64,000 nucleotides of DNA from Rebecca billardiae RCC1528 (taxonomy: Eukaryota > Protista > Haptophyta), in NCBI GenBank assembly GCA_965240325.2, contig OZ251223.1, positions 3,844,001-3,908,000 on the forward strand, written 5' to 3'. Of the stretch, positions 34,390 through 47,442 are shown piece by piece (within the stretch, counting starts at the first letter, position 1; every line of letters begins with the position of its first letter). Position numbers and translations under genes: made by a program. The notes beneath the pieces were generated by a model that ran no database searches, was not told where the DNA came from, and saw nothing but the letters and a program-made list of their open reading frames with translations.

Positions 34390-35499
34390 TCAGATCAGCT
34401 TGGACGAGCTCAGCCGCGTGTGTAGAAGCCGCACACCTTTGTCCTCGTTCGGGTGTGCCTGCTGCGCGCTGATCTCCTTGGCGATCTTTTGGATTCTCGC
34501 CGCGGTCATCACCATGTTGAAGCCCCGCCTCAGCCGCACCTCCGCCGCGTACGCGCGCAGCATGTCGACAACGGACTCGTGCACTGAGATCGTGCCCTCG
34601 CCCGTGATGAACGGGTGCTCGAGCGCGTCCTTGGCCGCCGGCCTCGAGATCGGGTCAAAGGTGAGCAGCCTGCGCACAAAGTCCTGCGCGCGGTCCGAGA
34701 CGCCCGCGTCGCTGAAGTTGAGCTCGATGCGGTCCTTCGTCACCGCCGCCTTGAGCTCGTCGACCGAGCGCGCCTTCACAGGGTGCCGACCGACCAGCAG
34801 GATGTGCGCGATGATGCCCACGGCCCAGATGTCGACCTTGGGCCCGTGCGCGACCGAGTTGCGCAGCCAGATCTCCGGGCTCATGTAGAGCGGGGTGCCG
34901 CACTCGCCAGGTGCCGCCTCGTTCGTCTTCGTCGCGAGGCCAAAGTCGGTCAGGACGATCGATTCGAAGTCGTCCGCACGCATCATGAGCAGGTTCTCGA
35001 ACTTGAGGTCCCTGTGCACGTAGTCGTTCTCGTGCAAGAAGGCCACGCCCTGCAGCACGCGCTTCAGGATGGTCTGCGCGACCTTCTCGGTGATCTGCAC
35101 ATTGTCCTTCGCGATGATGTCTGCGAGCTCACCGTGGGCGCGGTCCATCACAATGTAGAGCTTCTCCTTTGTTTCGAACGAGCCGCGGAACGGGATGATG
35201 GTGTCCGTCTCGTCGTCCGCATCGGTCAGGGCCTGGAGCGCGGCGATCTCGTTGCGCACCTGCTCGATCACCGCGGCAAAGTCGGCTGGATCGATGTCTG
35301 CCGACGGACGCTCCTTCGATATGGCCTTGATGGCCACCTCAGAGCCATCAGCCTTCGACGTGCCCGCATACACGACGCCAAACGCACCCGAGCCAAGCTT
35401 CTCACCAAACTTGTACGCCTTCTCGATGTACACGTTCGATGAGGGGCGTCGATTCCTCGGGGCATCCGCCCCTGTGTCCAGCATGCGCTGACCAGTCAT
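34390..35499 (-). CDS. CAMK-group Ser/Thr kinase, STK33-like
   Basis: LGSGAFGVV, VAIK, HRDLKFEN, TDFGLA, CGTPLYMSPE, DIWAVG. IEKAYKFG and FITG...VVDML resemble STK33. Start at ATG 35499 or 35484. Confidence 0.9.
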   Translation of the reverse strand: MTGQRMLDTGADAPRNRRPSSNVYIEKAYKFGEKLGSGAFGVVYAGTSKADGSEVAIKAISKERPSADIDPADFAAVIEQVRNEIAALQALTDADDETDTIIPFRGSFETKEKLYIVMDRAHGELADIIAKDNVQITEKVAQTILKRVLQGVAFLHENDYVHRDLKFENLLMMRADDFESIVLTDFGLATKTNEAAPGECGTPLYMSPEIWLRNSVAHGPKVDIWAVGIIAHILLVGRHPVKARSVDELKAAVTKDRIELNFSDAGVSDRAQDFVRRLLTFDPISRPAAKDALEHPFITGEGTISVHESVVDMLRAYAAEVRLRRGFNMVMTAARIQKIAKEISAQQAHPNEDKGVRLLHTRLSSSKLI

Positions 35500-35852
35500 G
35501 CTCGGCGCGCCGCCGCTGGGTGCGACGGCCTCGCTCGCCCCCGCGGGAAGGAGGTGAGCTGGAGCAAGCTGCCTGCTGGAGGCTGCGCCGCCCGCCTTGG
35601 GAGTAGCAGTTTGGAGGCGGCCGTGCTCGCCTCGAGCGACCTTGGCGATGAGTCGATGAGACGATGACGTACGTCTGCTTCAACATTAAATACCCCCATA
35701 CTGTAGTGCGATCTCCCGCGACGGACAGTCAATCTCGGGCCGAAGCGAAGTTGCAAAGTGAAACGGGCGCGCGTGCGCAGCAGCCAGCAACCAGCGCGTT
35801 GGCTCGAAAGTCGAAAGTGGCGCTGCGCAGCAGGCGAGCTTCGTCGCCGGCC

Positions 35853-38655
35853 ATGGAGTCGGCTGTGGCGTTCGCCCCGGCTGAGGCCCTCCAGGACGAG
35901 GGCACGCAGCGCGTCCTCGCCGCGTATCACGCAGCGCTGCACGCAGTCTTCGAGTGCTACGCCGTGCATGGCAACCCGCAGCGCCGCCACGCCACCTTTG
36001 ACGACGCGCAGGTGCACGGCCACCGCCTGGATCGTGTCGCATGGCTCAACTTTGTGCAGGACTTGCTCATCCACTCCTATCGCGCCCAGTCGCGCGGGCA
36101 GCAGGCTGTACGTCTCGCCGCTTGCCAGATTTTTGCGCGCCTTAAATCGAGCAAGCGCGTCAAGCACAACACGCTCAGCTTTGACGAGTTCAGCGCGTGC
36201 GTGTGCCACCTTGCTCTGACGCTCACGCTCACGCCGAGCGCGGGGCTCGCGGACGCGCTGGTCCGCATCTTCGAGCGGCTCGGCACGCTGTGCGAGACAC
36301 CTGGCACTCGTCTGCACCACGCGCAAGTGAGCGCCAGCCTCTGGCCGACGACGGATGGCGCGATGTCGTCTCCGCACTCGCCGCGCACGAGAGCCCAACC
36401 AGCCGCTGGCCGCGCCGTGGCTCCGCGCGAGCAGCCACCGTCGCAGCGCTCGCCTGTGCCGAGCTCGGGCTCCCCGCGCGGACGCCAGCCGCCGGGGAGA
36501 GACGGCTTCGCCACAACCCGTCACGTGGAGGAGACGTTGCTCGGCGCGTCGACGAGCCCGCCGCGCGCGGTTGCCAAGCCAGAGCGCTCACCGGGCCGCA
36601 CACGCGCGCCCGGCTTCGAGCCGCCCTACTCTGGCGCACGCCCGCGAGGCGCACCGCCCGCGGCGGCGCGCATGAAGCTGTCACCCACGTCTCGGTCCTC
36701 GCCGCGCTCGCCGTCGCCGGCGTCCTCGCCTCGCTCCGCCTCGCCCGGCTGGTCGACGCCTTTGTGGCACGACGGCGGGCGCCGCGGCGCGCAGCCGCCG
36801 CAGGGCACGCCGTCCGCGGGCCGGATGAGCCTGCCTGCAGATGCTGCGGTGGCGGCAGGGGCGAGAGCGGCGGCGATGCGCAGCAGCCTTGTGCCGCAGC
36901 GCCGCTACAGTGCGTCGCCGGACGCGCAGGGCCCGCGCCCTCCGCTTGGCCGCACGGACGCGGTGGCCATCGCCGCGCGCGGGCTCGAGCGCGCGGCCGC
37001 GCTTGCGCGCAGGGGTGGCGCCGGCGTTGGGGGCGCCCAACGCGCCGGCGCGTGTGCGCCGCTGGGGCAGGCGCTTGGCGCAGGCGCGTCGTCTCCCCCG
37101 CGCCGATCTCAGCGTCCGCCTTCGCCGGGGAGTGCGGGCTCGGCACGGCCGCACCACGTGCGGCCCCCGACCTCGCCGCCCCGCTCGGACGGCCGCTCCG
37201 CGTCCTCTGCGGCCAACTCACCCTACGGTGCGCGGCTGCTCGTCAGCCCGGCCACCAAGTGCTCCTCGCCGCGCTCGGCCGCGAGCACGGCGCAGTCGAC
37301 GACGGGCTCGCCTGCGCTCGGCCGCGGCGCCGGGCGCGGGCCCAGGCCCAGCGGGCGCTGTGCGGTCTCAGGCGCGGCCTCTTGCTCGCCGCAGGGCGCG
37401 GACAACTACAGCGGCGCGCGCGCGGCGCAGCTCAGCAGCCAGGTGGCCAACTACAGCGAGCTGCTGCGCGCGTGTGGCCTCTCGCCTGCCGAGCGGGCCG
37501 CCAAGGACACGCGCGCGTCAGTCGGCCGCGCGAACTGGATCGCTCTGACCGCTGCGCATCGTGACGTCTCCACACCGCCGTCCGCACGCAGCCCTGCTGT
37601 CCACGAGGCCCGCGCCGTCCAGCCTGGGCCAAGCTCAGCCAGTCGCGCGCGAGCCGACTCGAGCGGACGGGGCCGCCCCGGCGCACCGCCGAGCGCGGGC
37701 GCGCACGCGCAGACCCCGCCGCGTGCCGCGCAGCGGCCGAGGGTCGAGGCGACGTCGCCCCATGGCTCCGTCGGAGAGCCGATGGAGATCTTTCACACGT
37801 CTGTCTCGCTCGCGCCGCCTGCGCCGGCCGGCTTGGCCGCTGCACCGCCGGAGCGCACCGCCGCCGGCGTGCCCGGGCCTGGCGCAGAGGTGAGCTGCCC
37901 GGACAGCGGCGCGGACACGCCCGCGTCGCCCGAGCATGCGCGAGGCGCGCGCGCTGCGGGCGCCTCGCGCGAGGCTCCGTCTGCAGAAGGGCATGCCGAC
38001 GTGTCCCCCGGACCGAGGTGCGCTCGCCGCGTGCGCGCTCGAGTGCCGTGCGCTAAGGCGTCCGCGCGCGTTCGGGGGCGCGGGGTCGCGTGCCTCGCCC
38101 CCGCTGGTCTCTCACTCACACGTGCGCGCCACGCACGCGTCCGTGCGCGCGCTCTGCAGCCCGCCGGCATCCTCCGCTCCCGAGCCCGACGGCCAGCACG
38201 CCGACGGCGTGTGGAACCTGAGCGACCTGCGCGGCGTGGGGACGGGCAACATGGACGAGCTGCGCGCGCGCGTGCTTGCCACCGGTGCGGAGTCGGTGGC
38301 GGCGTGGCTGAACGTGCTGCCGCCGCGCCCTTCAAGCACGCTGGAGCAGGTGGAGCCCGCTACGCCGCGCAGACGATCGCGCTCATCCGCAACGGCTCGC
38401 ATCTTCATCCAAGCAACGGCGACATGCGCCATCGGCTTTGCCGCGGCTGCGCTGCTCTTCGCCGAGCCCAATCGCGCGGGCAGCGTCTGGAGGCACGTCG
38501 CCGATGTGCGTGGTGCTGCGCACGACATGGCGTGTGCGCTGCGCACAGGCAGCACCCGCCTCGTTGAGATCGTCGAGCCCGCTTGGCAATTTGTTGCCGG
38601 GCACACGGGCACCGCCTTCGCCCGGCTCGTGGGATCGACGAACGTAAGTCACTGA
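35853..38655 (+). CDS. Protein with an N-terminal p25alpha/TPPP-like (EF-hand-like) domain, a long Ser/Pro/Arg-rich linker and a C-terminal TM; intron 38018-38159
   Basis: LHAVFECYAVHG...LDRVAWLNFVQD...IFARLK...TLSFDEF. The splice joins to a frame ending IFIQATATCAIGFAAAALLF...stop 38655. Confidence 0.65.
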
Positions 38656-38684
38656 CCTGACTGACCGCGCGTAGACGTCATGTT

Positions 38685-38856
38685 ATGACCGCGTTCCGCG
38701 GTCCTTCCGTAGAACCAACGTAGTAAGGGGCGCGCGGTGCACCCTTCGTCGGCTGCTGTCTGCTTACTACTTATTTATAGCAGTCTGTCTGTCTGACATG
38801 GTCACTGATGATCGGTGTGAACACTGTGAACAGTTCGTATGACGCCTCGCGGAGCT
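38685..38856 (-). mobile_element. Family B (Helentron-like 3' end), copy 2
   Basis: 38685-38760 is the reverse complement of 50790-50865 with 4 substitutions. 38761-38856 continues the match but is broken by insertions. Confidence 0.8.
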
Positions 38857-38949
38857 CGAATGTGCGCGCGGGTCACTCTGCTGTATCTCCGTCTTGCGGC
38901 CGAAGTGGTTCTGTCACTTCTGCGCGCTCAGCTCCGCCGGGTAGCTGAC

Positions 38950-39210
38950 CGATCGAGTCGACTTGCTCAAACGTTCGAGCGCAGCTTCGGCAGCGCGCTG
39001 CTGCTCGCGCGCTCACGGCGCTGCCTCGAGCGCATCCATCATGGCATTCATGGCCAGTCCAGCCTTCATCTCCGCCTCCAAGCTCGGCCCACCTGCCTGC
39101 TCACGCGCACCTCGGACGGGTTGGCCTGCGCTGCGTCGGTGGCCGCTGGGTCAGGGTGCCGCTCGATGACGATGGCGACCGTGTTGCCCAACTGCTCGAC
39201 GTTGACGAGC
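38950..39210 (-). pseudogene. Isolated coding-like fragment
   Basis: LVNVEQLGNTVAIVIERHPDP... and ...SLEAEMKAGLAMNAMMDALEAA in different frames, no start context, next to the family B copy. Confidence 0.35.
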
Positions 39211-39371
39211 TTATTATTCTGCTGCTTATTGGAGCGGTACCGAGTCACCAGGATCCGGAGCCGGAGGACGGCTGTCCGTCTGACGCGATGACTCAGACTG
39301 TCTTGTCTGCTGCTGTCTCATCATCACGTACTCTCGCGGACGCACAGACTAGCAGACTGGCTAGCTAACTA

Positions 39372-39955
<584 letters not shown>

Positions 39956-40157
39956 AACTATAGCAGACGACGACCGGACTAAGCCAGTAAGTTCAAGCTC
40001 CCAGGTATAGACATAATAAGCAATCGCGACTGCTAGTAGTATCCTGGAGAGTGTTATGATTCAGATCGATCGACGAAGGCTATCCTGCTGATTATACTAG
40101 CTACTAGTACTACTGCTGAGAGTGACAGCTCGGCTGAGACGATACGGCATCAGGGTT

Positions 40158-40159
<2 letters not shown>

Positions 40160-40249
<90 letters not shown>
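40160..40249. repeat. (CT)n microsatellite
   Basis: About 45 units. Confidence 0.97.
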
Positions 40250-40250
<1 letters not shown>

Positions 40251-40715
40251 ATGACGATGATAACTGCTGGGGCCTATACTGGGCCTCGAGAGTCGAGTGC
40301 TGGGCCTGGCCCTGTGGCACTACTAAGTCTACTGCTACTATCTATATATATCTATATATAGAGAGAGAGAGAGAGAGATATATACTCTACTGATTACTGA
40401 CGAAGGGCTGTGAGTCATCAGAATACCGTGATTTTACCGTCATCAGTGTACTCAGTGTCAGACCGCGCGACGGCGCGATCGAGAATGATATGAGAGTTAT
40501 GAGATGACAGTGACTTTCAGTGAATTGTTTCAGAGTAGTCACTGCATGCACTCTGCAGCGGCGCCGCACCGTCACTGAGTGACTGGCTGGTGATAGTGCT
40601 GGCGGCCGGACGATTCCAGTCGTACTACTACCGAGGTAGCTCACGCGGACCGGTCAGCCGCTGGGACCAAGCTGCCAATAGGGTCCCGGGCGCCATGGAT
40701 CATCATGCCGATCAG

Positions 40716-43700
40716 TCACTCGTACACCACGGGCTGGCGCTCGGCTGGCTGCCCAAAGTCGGCGGCGCCGTCGTCATCCGGCATGTCCAGGTCGACGTAC
40801 TGCCGCAGGGGGCGCGGGTCGCGCCGGCTGCCGGCGGAGAGTGGCGCGCTCGACAGAAGCGCCGGCTGGGGTGGCTCGCGCGCGTCCATGAAGCCGGCGC
40901 GCTCGTGCGGCCGATCATAGCCGCGCTCGTGCGGCCGGTCGTACCCGCGCGCGCGGCCGCCGCTGCTACCGATCGCGCGCGCCAGCGCCTGCTGCGCGTT
41001 GACGCCGCGCAGCACGACGCGCGCGGCCTGCGGCGGCTTGTGCGGGTCGAGCATGAAGCTCTCGACGTACTTGTCCTGCAGCACGCGCTCGCGCACGCCG
41101 TCGAGCATCTCCGAGTGCTTGTTGTCGATGTGCTTGCGCACAAACTCCGGGCCCTTGAAGCGCTTGCCCGAGAGCGGGCAGAGGAAGACGCCCGCCGACT
41201 CCTCGACAGTGTTGTCCGAGTAGAACTTGTCGAGCGCGGCGCCCAGCTTGGCGCCGTACTCCACGTCCAGGGCGGCCATGCGGCCCACGTACTCGGTGCA
41301 CGCGCCCGCGGCCTGCACGAGCTCGGACGCCCACTCGTCGGCTGCGCGGCGGGCGCGCGGCGGGCGCGCGCGCGGTCGCTCCGCGTCAGCCGGAGCGCGT
41401 GAGAGCGCGGCGCGCGGCGCCGGCCGCGGCGCACCGTCCAGATTGCGCGGCAGCCCGAGCAGCTTGAGCTCGCCCGGCAGGTAGCACGCGCCGCACATCG
41501 AGTTGAGCTCGTCGAGCGAGGTGCACGCGCGGCAGCCAAACACGTGCACGTGGTGCACCTCGCGCAGGTAGCGGCCGAGCAGGTCGAAGCGCGCCATGGG
41601 GGAGAGGCCCTGCGCGCACGCGGCGCGAGGCGGCGGGCGGGCGCGCGCGCGCGGCGGGCGCGCTCCGCGCTCAGACGCGGAGCGAGCGGCGCGCAAGTCC
41701 CAGCCGGCGCTGAGCGCGACTCCTCGGCCCAGCCCAGCCCAGCCCAGCTGAGGTCAGGTGAGCTGAGGCGAGCTGAGGCGAGGTGAGTCAGAGACTTAAA
41801 TATCTTGCGGGCTCTCGGGGCGCGTGGCGCCCTCGCCGTCGTATGCGCTCCTCATTCCCGCGCGGCGTGCACGCCGCCCGCCCGCGCGCCCGCCCGCCCG
41901 CGCGCCCGGCGCGCCGCTGCCGCGTGCGCCACGCACCTCGAGCCGCTCAGCCGGCAGGCCGACGCCGTCCGACGCGCCGTCGGCCGCGTCCGCCGACCCG
42001 CCCGCGGAGCGCAGCCTCCGCGCGTCGTCCAGCTTCTCGCACAGGGGCTCGAGCGCGCGGCACACGCGCGTGATGGCCGCGTCCTCCACGCCGTCCATCT
42101 GCACGATCATCTTCCACGGCCGGCTGAGCGTGAGCTCGGCGGCGAGTGCCTGCGCGCCCGTCGACAGCTCGACACTCAGGCCGTCCAGCCGAGCGCGCGC
42201 ACTCTCCGCGCACGCGCGGCTGCGCGCGGGCCGGCGCGCGCGGCGCGCGCGGCGCGCGTGGCGGGCGGCGGACGCGCCGATCAGCACTCGCGCCGATGGC
42301 GCTCCGACGCGCTCCGACGCGCGCGGCGGGTGGCGCGGCGCGCGCGGCGCGTGCGCGCACCTCGAGTACAGAGCCCACACGTCGCGCACGCGCGGCACCG
42401 ACTGCGGGTCGATGCCCTCGGCGAGCGGCGGCGCGTCCGCGTCGGCCGCCGCGCCCGGGGTGATGCTGAGCAGGTCGACGCTGCGGTACGCGTCGCCCAG
42501 GATGAGCGAGATGTACCCGCTCTCGGGCGCGGCGACCGCCGTCGCCGCATCCCCCTCGCCCGCCACGCACTCGCGCCCGCACGCCGTGGCGAGCACGTCC
42601 ACGTCGGCGCGCGTCGCGGCGTCGGTGAGCGCGCTGCGCAGCAGGACCATGTGCAGCGCCTCCTTGCGAGCGCCGGCGGGGCCTGCCGAGGGGCGCCGGC
42701 CCGAGCGCGAGGCGTCGTCGCGCTCGTCGCCGAGCGCCGCGCCATCGCGTGGCTCGCGCGCGAGCTCGTCGCGCTCGGCGCCCCCGTTGCTGGGCGCGCC
42801 GTCCGCACCGCCGAGCGCGGGCGGAGAGCCGCCGCGCTCGGACGCGGCTCGCGACGCCCTCCGGCGCCGGTGCGAGCCCTCCTCGTCGTCGTCGCCCTCC
42901 TCCCCCTCCATCGTCTCCGCGCCCTCGCCGGCGGCGGGCGCCGCCAGCTGCGGCGCCGCGCCCACCGGCGCGACGTACGCGCGCAGCGCAGCCACGTCGG
43001 TGAGCTCGTTGGCGCGAGCGTGCACGTCCGTGCCCGGCGCTGCGAGGAACACGCGCGCGGCCTCCTTGGCGTCCGCCTCGCGCTGCGCGCGCGTGCGCTC
43101 CAGGACCATCGGGTCGTACCGCATCCGGAACCAGTCCTTCCCCTGGCACTCGGCGAAGAACTGCTCGAGCTGCATCTTGGCGTACTCCGCCTTGTAGTCC
43201 TCGTACTTGAGCTCGGCCGCGGACGGCGTCACGTCGTCGTCCAGCTGAGCCATGAACGCTTTGAAGGACAGCAGGCCGACGGCGCCGCCGCGGAAGCCGC
43301 CGCCGCCGCCCGGGCCGCCGCCGGGACCGCCACCGTACTCGCGGCGCATCGGTCCACCCCGCCCGCCCCCACGCGGTGGCCCACGGAAGTTGCCACCGCG
43401 GCCCATCGAGCGACCGCCGCCGCGGTAGCTACCGACGCCACCGCCGGCACCGCCGCCCCAGTCGGCGTACCGAGGCCGCTTGGCGCCGCCATCGTACGTG
43501 TGACGACGATCGCGGTCATCGTCGTAGTACCGCCGCTCGCCAGCGCCACCGTCCGAATCGCGGCGACCTTGTGGCGCCACATCCCGCCCAAACTCATCGC
43601 GGTACGGCGCGCGTTCGTACGCGTCGCGCCGGCCCCGGTCGTAGTCGTCGGTGGGCGGGTAGTCGTCCAGCGGCCGCTTGCGCGTGTCAGCGGGAACCGC

Positions 43701-43802
43701 GTCGAACGGTATCGTCTGCGGCGCCTCGATCTCGCGCTCGCTGCGAAACCGATCGTAGTGATGCGGCTCGGCGATCTCGTCGCCGTCGTCGAAGGATGCC
43801 AT
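40716..43802 (-). CDS. SRRT: SERRATE/ARS2 RNA effector; introns 42360-42220, 41936-41610, 41434-41342
   Basis: LLSFKAFMAQLDDDVTP..AELKYEDYK...FF....DWFRMRYDP; LLGRYLREVH; zinc finger CPLSGKRFKGPEFVRKHIDNKH; DPRPLRQYVDLD. Confidence 0.93.
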
Positions 43803-43979
43803 CGCTAACGCGAGTACTGAGAGTATCCGGATTGTGCTGGGCAAGAGCCCGGAAAAAAAGCTCGGCCAGTCTTCGCCTCCGTTCACGAGTCCGGTGCCGA
43901 CCAGAAGCGGGAAGCGACGAGGCAGTCCTGGATCGAGCATTGTGCGCTCGCGCGCGGACCGCGCGGCGTCGCTGCCTCC

Positions 43980-45951
43980 ATGGCTATCGAACACGACCGC
44001 GCCTCGCGCGAGCGTGAGCGGCACTACCGGAGCGAGCGCGAGCGAGACCGAGATCGGGATCGGGATCGCGAGCGTGACCGCGACCGCGACCGTCACCGTG
44101 AGCGTGACCGCGACCGCGGCGACCGCGACCGCGATCGCGACCGCGACCGCTCTCGCGATCGGGATCGTGACCGCGATCGCGACCGGGAACGCTCCCGCGA
44201 CCAAGGTCGGGACCGTGACCGGGATCGGGACCGGCATGAGCGGCGGCGTGACCGCAGCCCCTCGCCCGAGGAGCGGGGACGGCGGCGCGAGCGCGCCACG
44301 GGCTTCTCGTCGCGCTTGACGCAGCCCTTGGATGGCGCCGGGGCAGCGACGCAGATGCCTGGCGCGGCGGCGATCATGAGTGCGGTGCAGTCGGTGCCAC
44401 AGGGGCCGCAAGGAGCAGTGGACCCGACGACGCAGGCGCTCCTGCTGCAGGCCATGCTGCAGCAGCAGCCGCAGAGCTCGAAGAGCTCCCGCGAGCTCTA
44501 CATCGGCAACCTGCCCGCCGGCGGGCTCGTGAACGAAACGGTCCTCAAGGAGTTCCTCGGGCAGGCGGTGCTGCAGGCGTCGCTCAACGTGCAGCCGGGC
44601 AATCCGATCATGCAGACGCGCATCAATGGCTGCTACGCCTTCGTCGAGTTCCGCTCCGTGCAGGAGTGCACGAACGCGCTCTCTCTGCGCGGCATCGTGC
44701 TGTACAACAACGAGCTCACCGTCGACCGGCCGATGGCGTACCGTGGGCCGCCCGACGGCATCGTCATCACATGGCCGACCGTGATGGCGGCTCGGATCAA
44801 CGAGGACCCGGAGCTCGCGAAGGTCGCCATCGGACTGCGCGCCCCGGGCTCCGCGCCGGCCGCGCCGGCGGCCCCGGGCATGCCCGGCGCACTGCCAGGC
44901 ATGCCCGCGGCGGGGCTGCCACCGCCGGTCGCGCCAATGATCGGGGGAGCGGCCGGGCCGGGCGGCGCGCTGAACGACCCGATCACAAAGCCGTCGCGCG
45001 AGCTGCACATCGGGAACATCCCCGAGGGCACTCAGGAGCTCGAGCTCAAGGTGCATCTCGAGTCGATCATCCAGGCGGCCGGCTTCCGCGACGAGTCGCT
45101 CGGTGCCGGCCCAGTCGTGCTGCAGGTGCGCTGCTCGCTCAAATTCGCCTTTGCCGAGTTCCGCTCGATCGACGAGTGCACAAAGTGCATGATGCTCGAC
45201 GGCTCGATTTTCAAGGGCCAGCCCCTGCGTATCCAGCGACCGCGAGCGTACGTCGGCCCGGCGGGCGGGCCCGCGGGTGGCATGCCACCCATGGGCGCGC
45301 CCATGCTCCCCGGGGGCGGCCTGCCGGCGCCGGGGCTGCCGCCACCGCCACCGCCGCCGCCGGGAGTCATCCCTGGGCCAGCGGCGCTGGCACCGCCGCC
45401 GCCGCCTCCCGCGGTGGCGCCGCCGCCGATGGCTGTGACGAACATCATCGAGCTGTCGAACATGGTAACCGCCGGCGAGGTCAAGGAAGAGCAGGTGCGC
45501 ATCGCACGGTTGCGAGAACTGGACTGTATTCCGCCCCACGTTGCTCATGCGCGCGTGCGGTTGCGGCGCGCGCCCGCGGTCCACAGGATGTGCAAGACGT
45601 AGTGGAGGACACCTCGGAGGAGATGACGCGGTACGGCCCTGTCCAGCGGATCGAGGTGCTCCGCCCGCCACCGGGCTCGCCCGACGACATGCAAGTCTTC
45701 CTCTTTGTCGAGTTCCAGGACAGTGAGAGTGCCTCCAATGTGCGTGTCACTGCTCGCGCGCTCGGGCGCGCCGCGGGCCCTCACTCACGCCACGTCTGCC
45801 CGCCGTGCCCCGTGGTCATCGCACCGCCGGCTGCGACCAGGCCTTCAAGGCCTTGCAGGGCCGCACGTTCGATGGCAGGATTGTCGGTGTGCGGTACATC
45901 GATAAGGCCGAGTTCGACAGCCGTGCGGCGCAGGCACCAACGTCATCATAG
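43980..45951 (+). CDS. U2AF2: U2 snRNP auxiliary factor large subunit (U2AF65); introns 45495-45586 and 45740-45840
   Basis: RD/RS-rich N-terminus; RRMs RELYIGNLP...YAFVEFRS and ELHIGNIP...FAFAEFRS...LRIQRPRAY; UHM IIELSNMVT...EEMTRYG...FVEF...LQGRTFDGR. Confidence 0.88.
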
Positions 45952-46084
45952 GCATCTTCGACTCGTCTTAAATTGTATGTCGCATTCGGACAACGGTACT
46001 CTGTACGTCATCATGGTCTTCCTGACTGTCTGGATTCCTGATGCCAATACTCGGCCGCACTCATCTCAGCAGCGGCATATTATT

Positions 46085-46117
<33 letters not shown>

Positions 46118-46205
46118 ACACGTGTGTGTGTGTGTCGGTACACGTTGACGTGTGACCGTGTCACTGTGTGTGTGTGTGTGTGTGTGTGTGAGTATATGTA
46201 GTATG

Positions 46206-46238
<33 letters not shown>

Positions 46239-46291
46239 TGTCATAATTCACACATAAACTGTCGTCGCATATACTATATATGTATATATAT
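46085..46291. repeat. Compound (TA)n/(TG)n/(CA)n microsatellite cluster
   Basis: Seen directly downstream of U2AF2. Confidence 0.93.
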
Positions 46292-47145
46292 AAAGCTCCA
46301 CTGCTGTTATAATTGCTGTATAGTACCCCTCAGGTTTAAGCGTTCGCTTCGCTGGCTACGTGATTGCACGCCCGCTCACGCCGTGACGAGCGCACCATGG
46401 CGGCTCTCTCGCTCGTGGCGCACGGTCGGGGAGCACCCGCGTCTGCGCAGACACACGGCTCGCCCGCAAGTGTGCTGTGTCGCGCACGCGCGCGCTCGCG
46501 CGGCCGGCCATCGCGCACAGACCTGACTGGTCTCACATGCACCAGCATGGTCGTGCACGCACAGCGCCGCTCCGCGCACGCAATAAATTCGAGCGTGGTG
46601 CGCATGCACGTACACTCTGTGTCCCTGGTCCACACACAGCGTGTGAGCTCGTGCTTTGACCACGTGCAGGCGCACCACAGACTTTCGCGCAGCTGCCGCG
46701 CCGGGCCGTGCCAGCGGCTCGACGGGCTCATCTCGTGGGCAGCGCTCGCTCGATTGCATGCTCCTGCCGCGCAGGGTGCCCAGCTTGCTGCGCTCGGTGT
46801 GTACTGGCGCGCTCGGACGGCACCCCGTGTACGCCTCGGGCCACGCGTGGGAGCCTAGCTCCACGCACGGAGGACTCGCAGGCGCAGGCCGGCGGCTGCC
46901 TCACACGGCTTGGTCGGGAGGCCGCCGCGCGGCTACCGTCGAGCTCGCCGATCGGCTGCACCTACTTTCAGCGCACGCTACCGCCGCCTCGCGCACGACA
47001 CGGCAAGGCTGAACACGTGACTGTGGGCGGGCATCAGCCCCAAGTACGCAGCCATCAGCACCACGGCCTTCACCTTCAGCGCCGACGATAGAGCCGCCGC
47101 TTGATTTTATCGCTTAAACTTGAGGGCCACTATAGATATATGTAT

Positions 47146-47176
<31 letters not shown>

Positions 47177-47442
47177 TCATGTATAGTACGTCGTATGTGC
47201 AATAATAATCGATGACGAGACCCGCCATTCGCGACGACAATCGGACATTCGGACCGGTCTCGGTCCGGTGCGACGTCGTCCGCCTCGACGACGTGACGTC
47301 GTGGACTCGTGCGCCTCGTGCAGCACGGCTCCGGCAATGCGCCTCGGCTCGGTCTCCTGACGGTCTCGTAGTCTGACAGAGGTTCACGACGCGAATCACG
47401 TCCGCCTCAAAGCAGCAGCAGCCGCCGCAGCAGTGCATCAGT

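Noticed and set aside
6417-38655. A dedicated flagellar gene cluster (CFAP43, POC1, STK33-like, p25alpha-like)
   Set aside because: These genes are interspersed with unrelated genes over 32 kb, which is compatible with chance in a flagellate genome.
38685-38760. Family B as a tRNA, SINE or small RNA gene
   Set aside because: No cloverleaf or A/B boxes. The subTIR-plus-hairpin layout at 48871-50870 explains it better.
41796-45671. 1291-aa minus-strand ORF as a single protein
   Set aside because: Its first half is antisense to U2AF2. The real SRRT coding sequence starts at ATG 43802 and is spliced.
46336-47100. Short ORFs downstream of U2AF2
   Set aside because: No consistent codon bias, motifs or splice-supported model; left unannotated.
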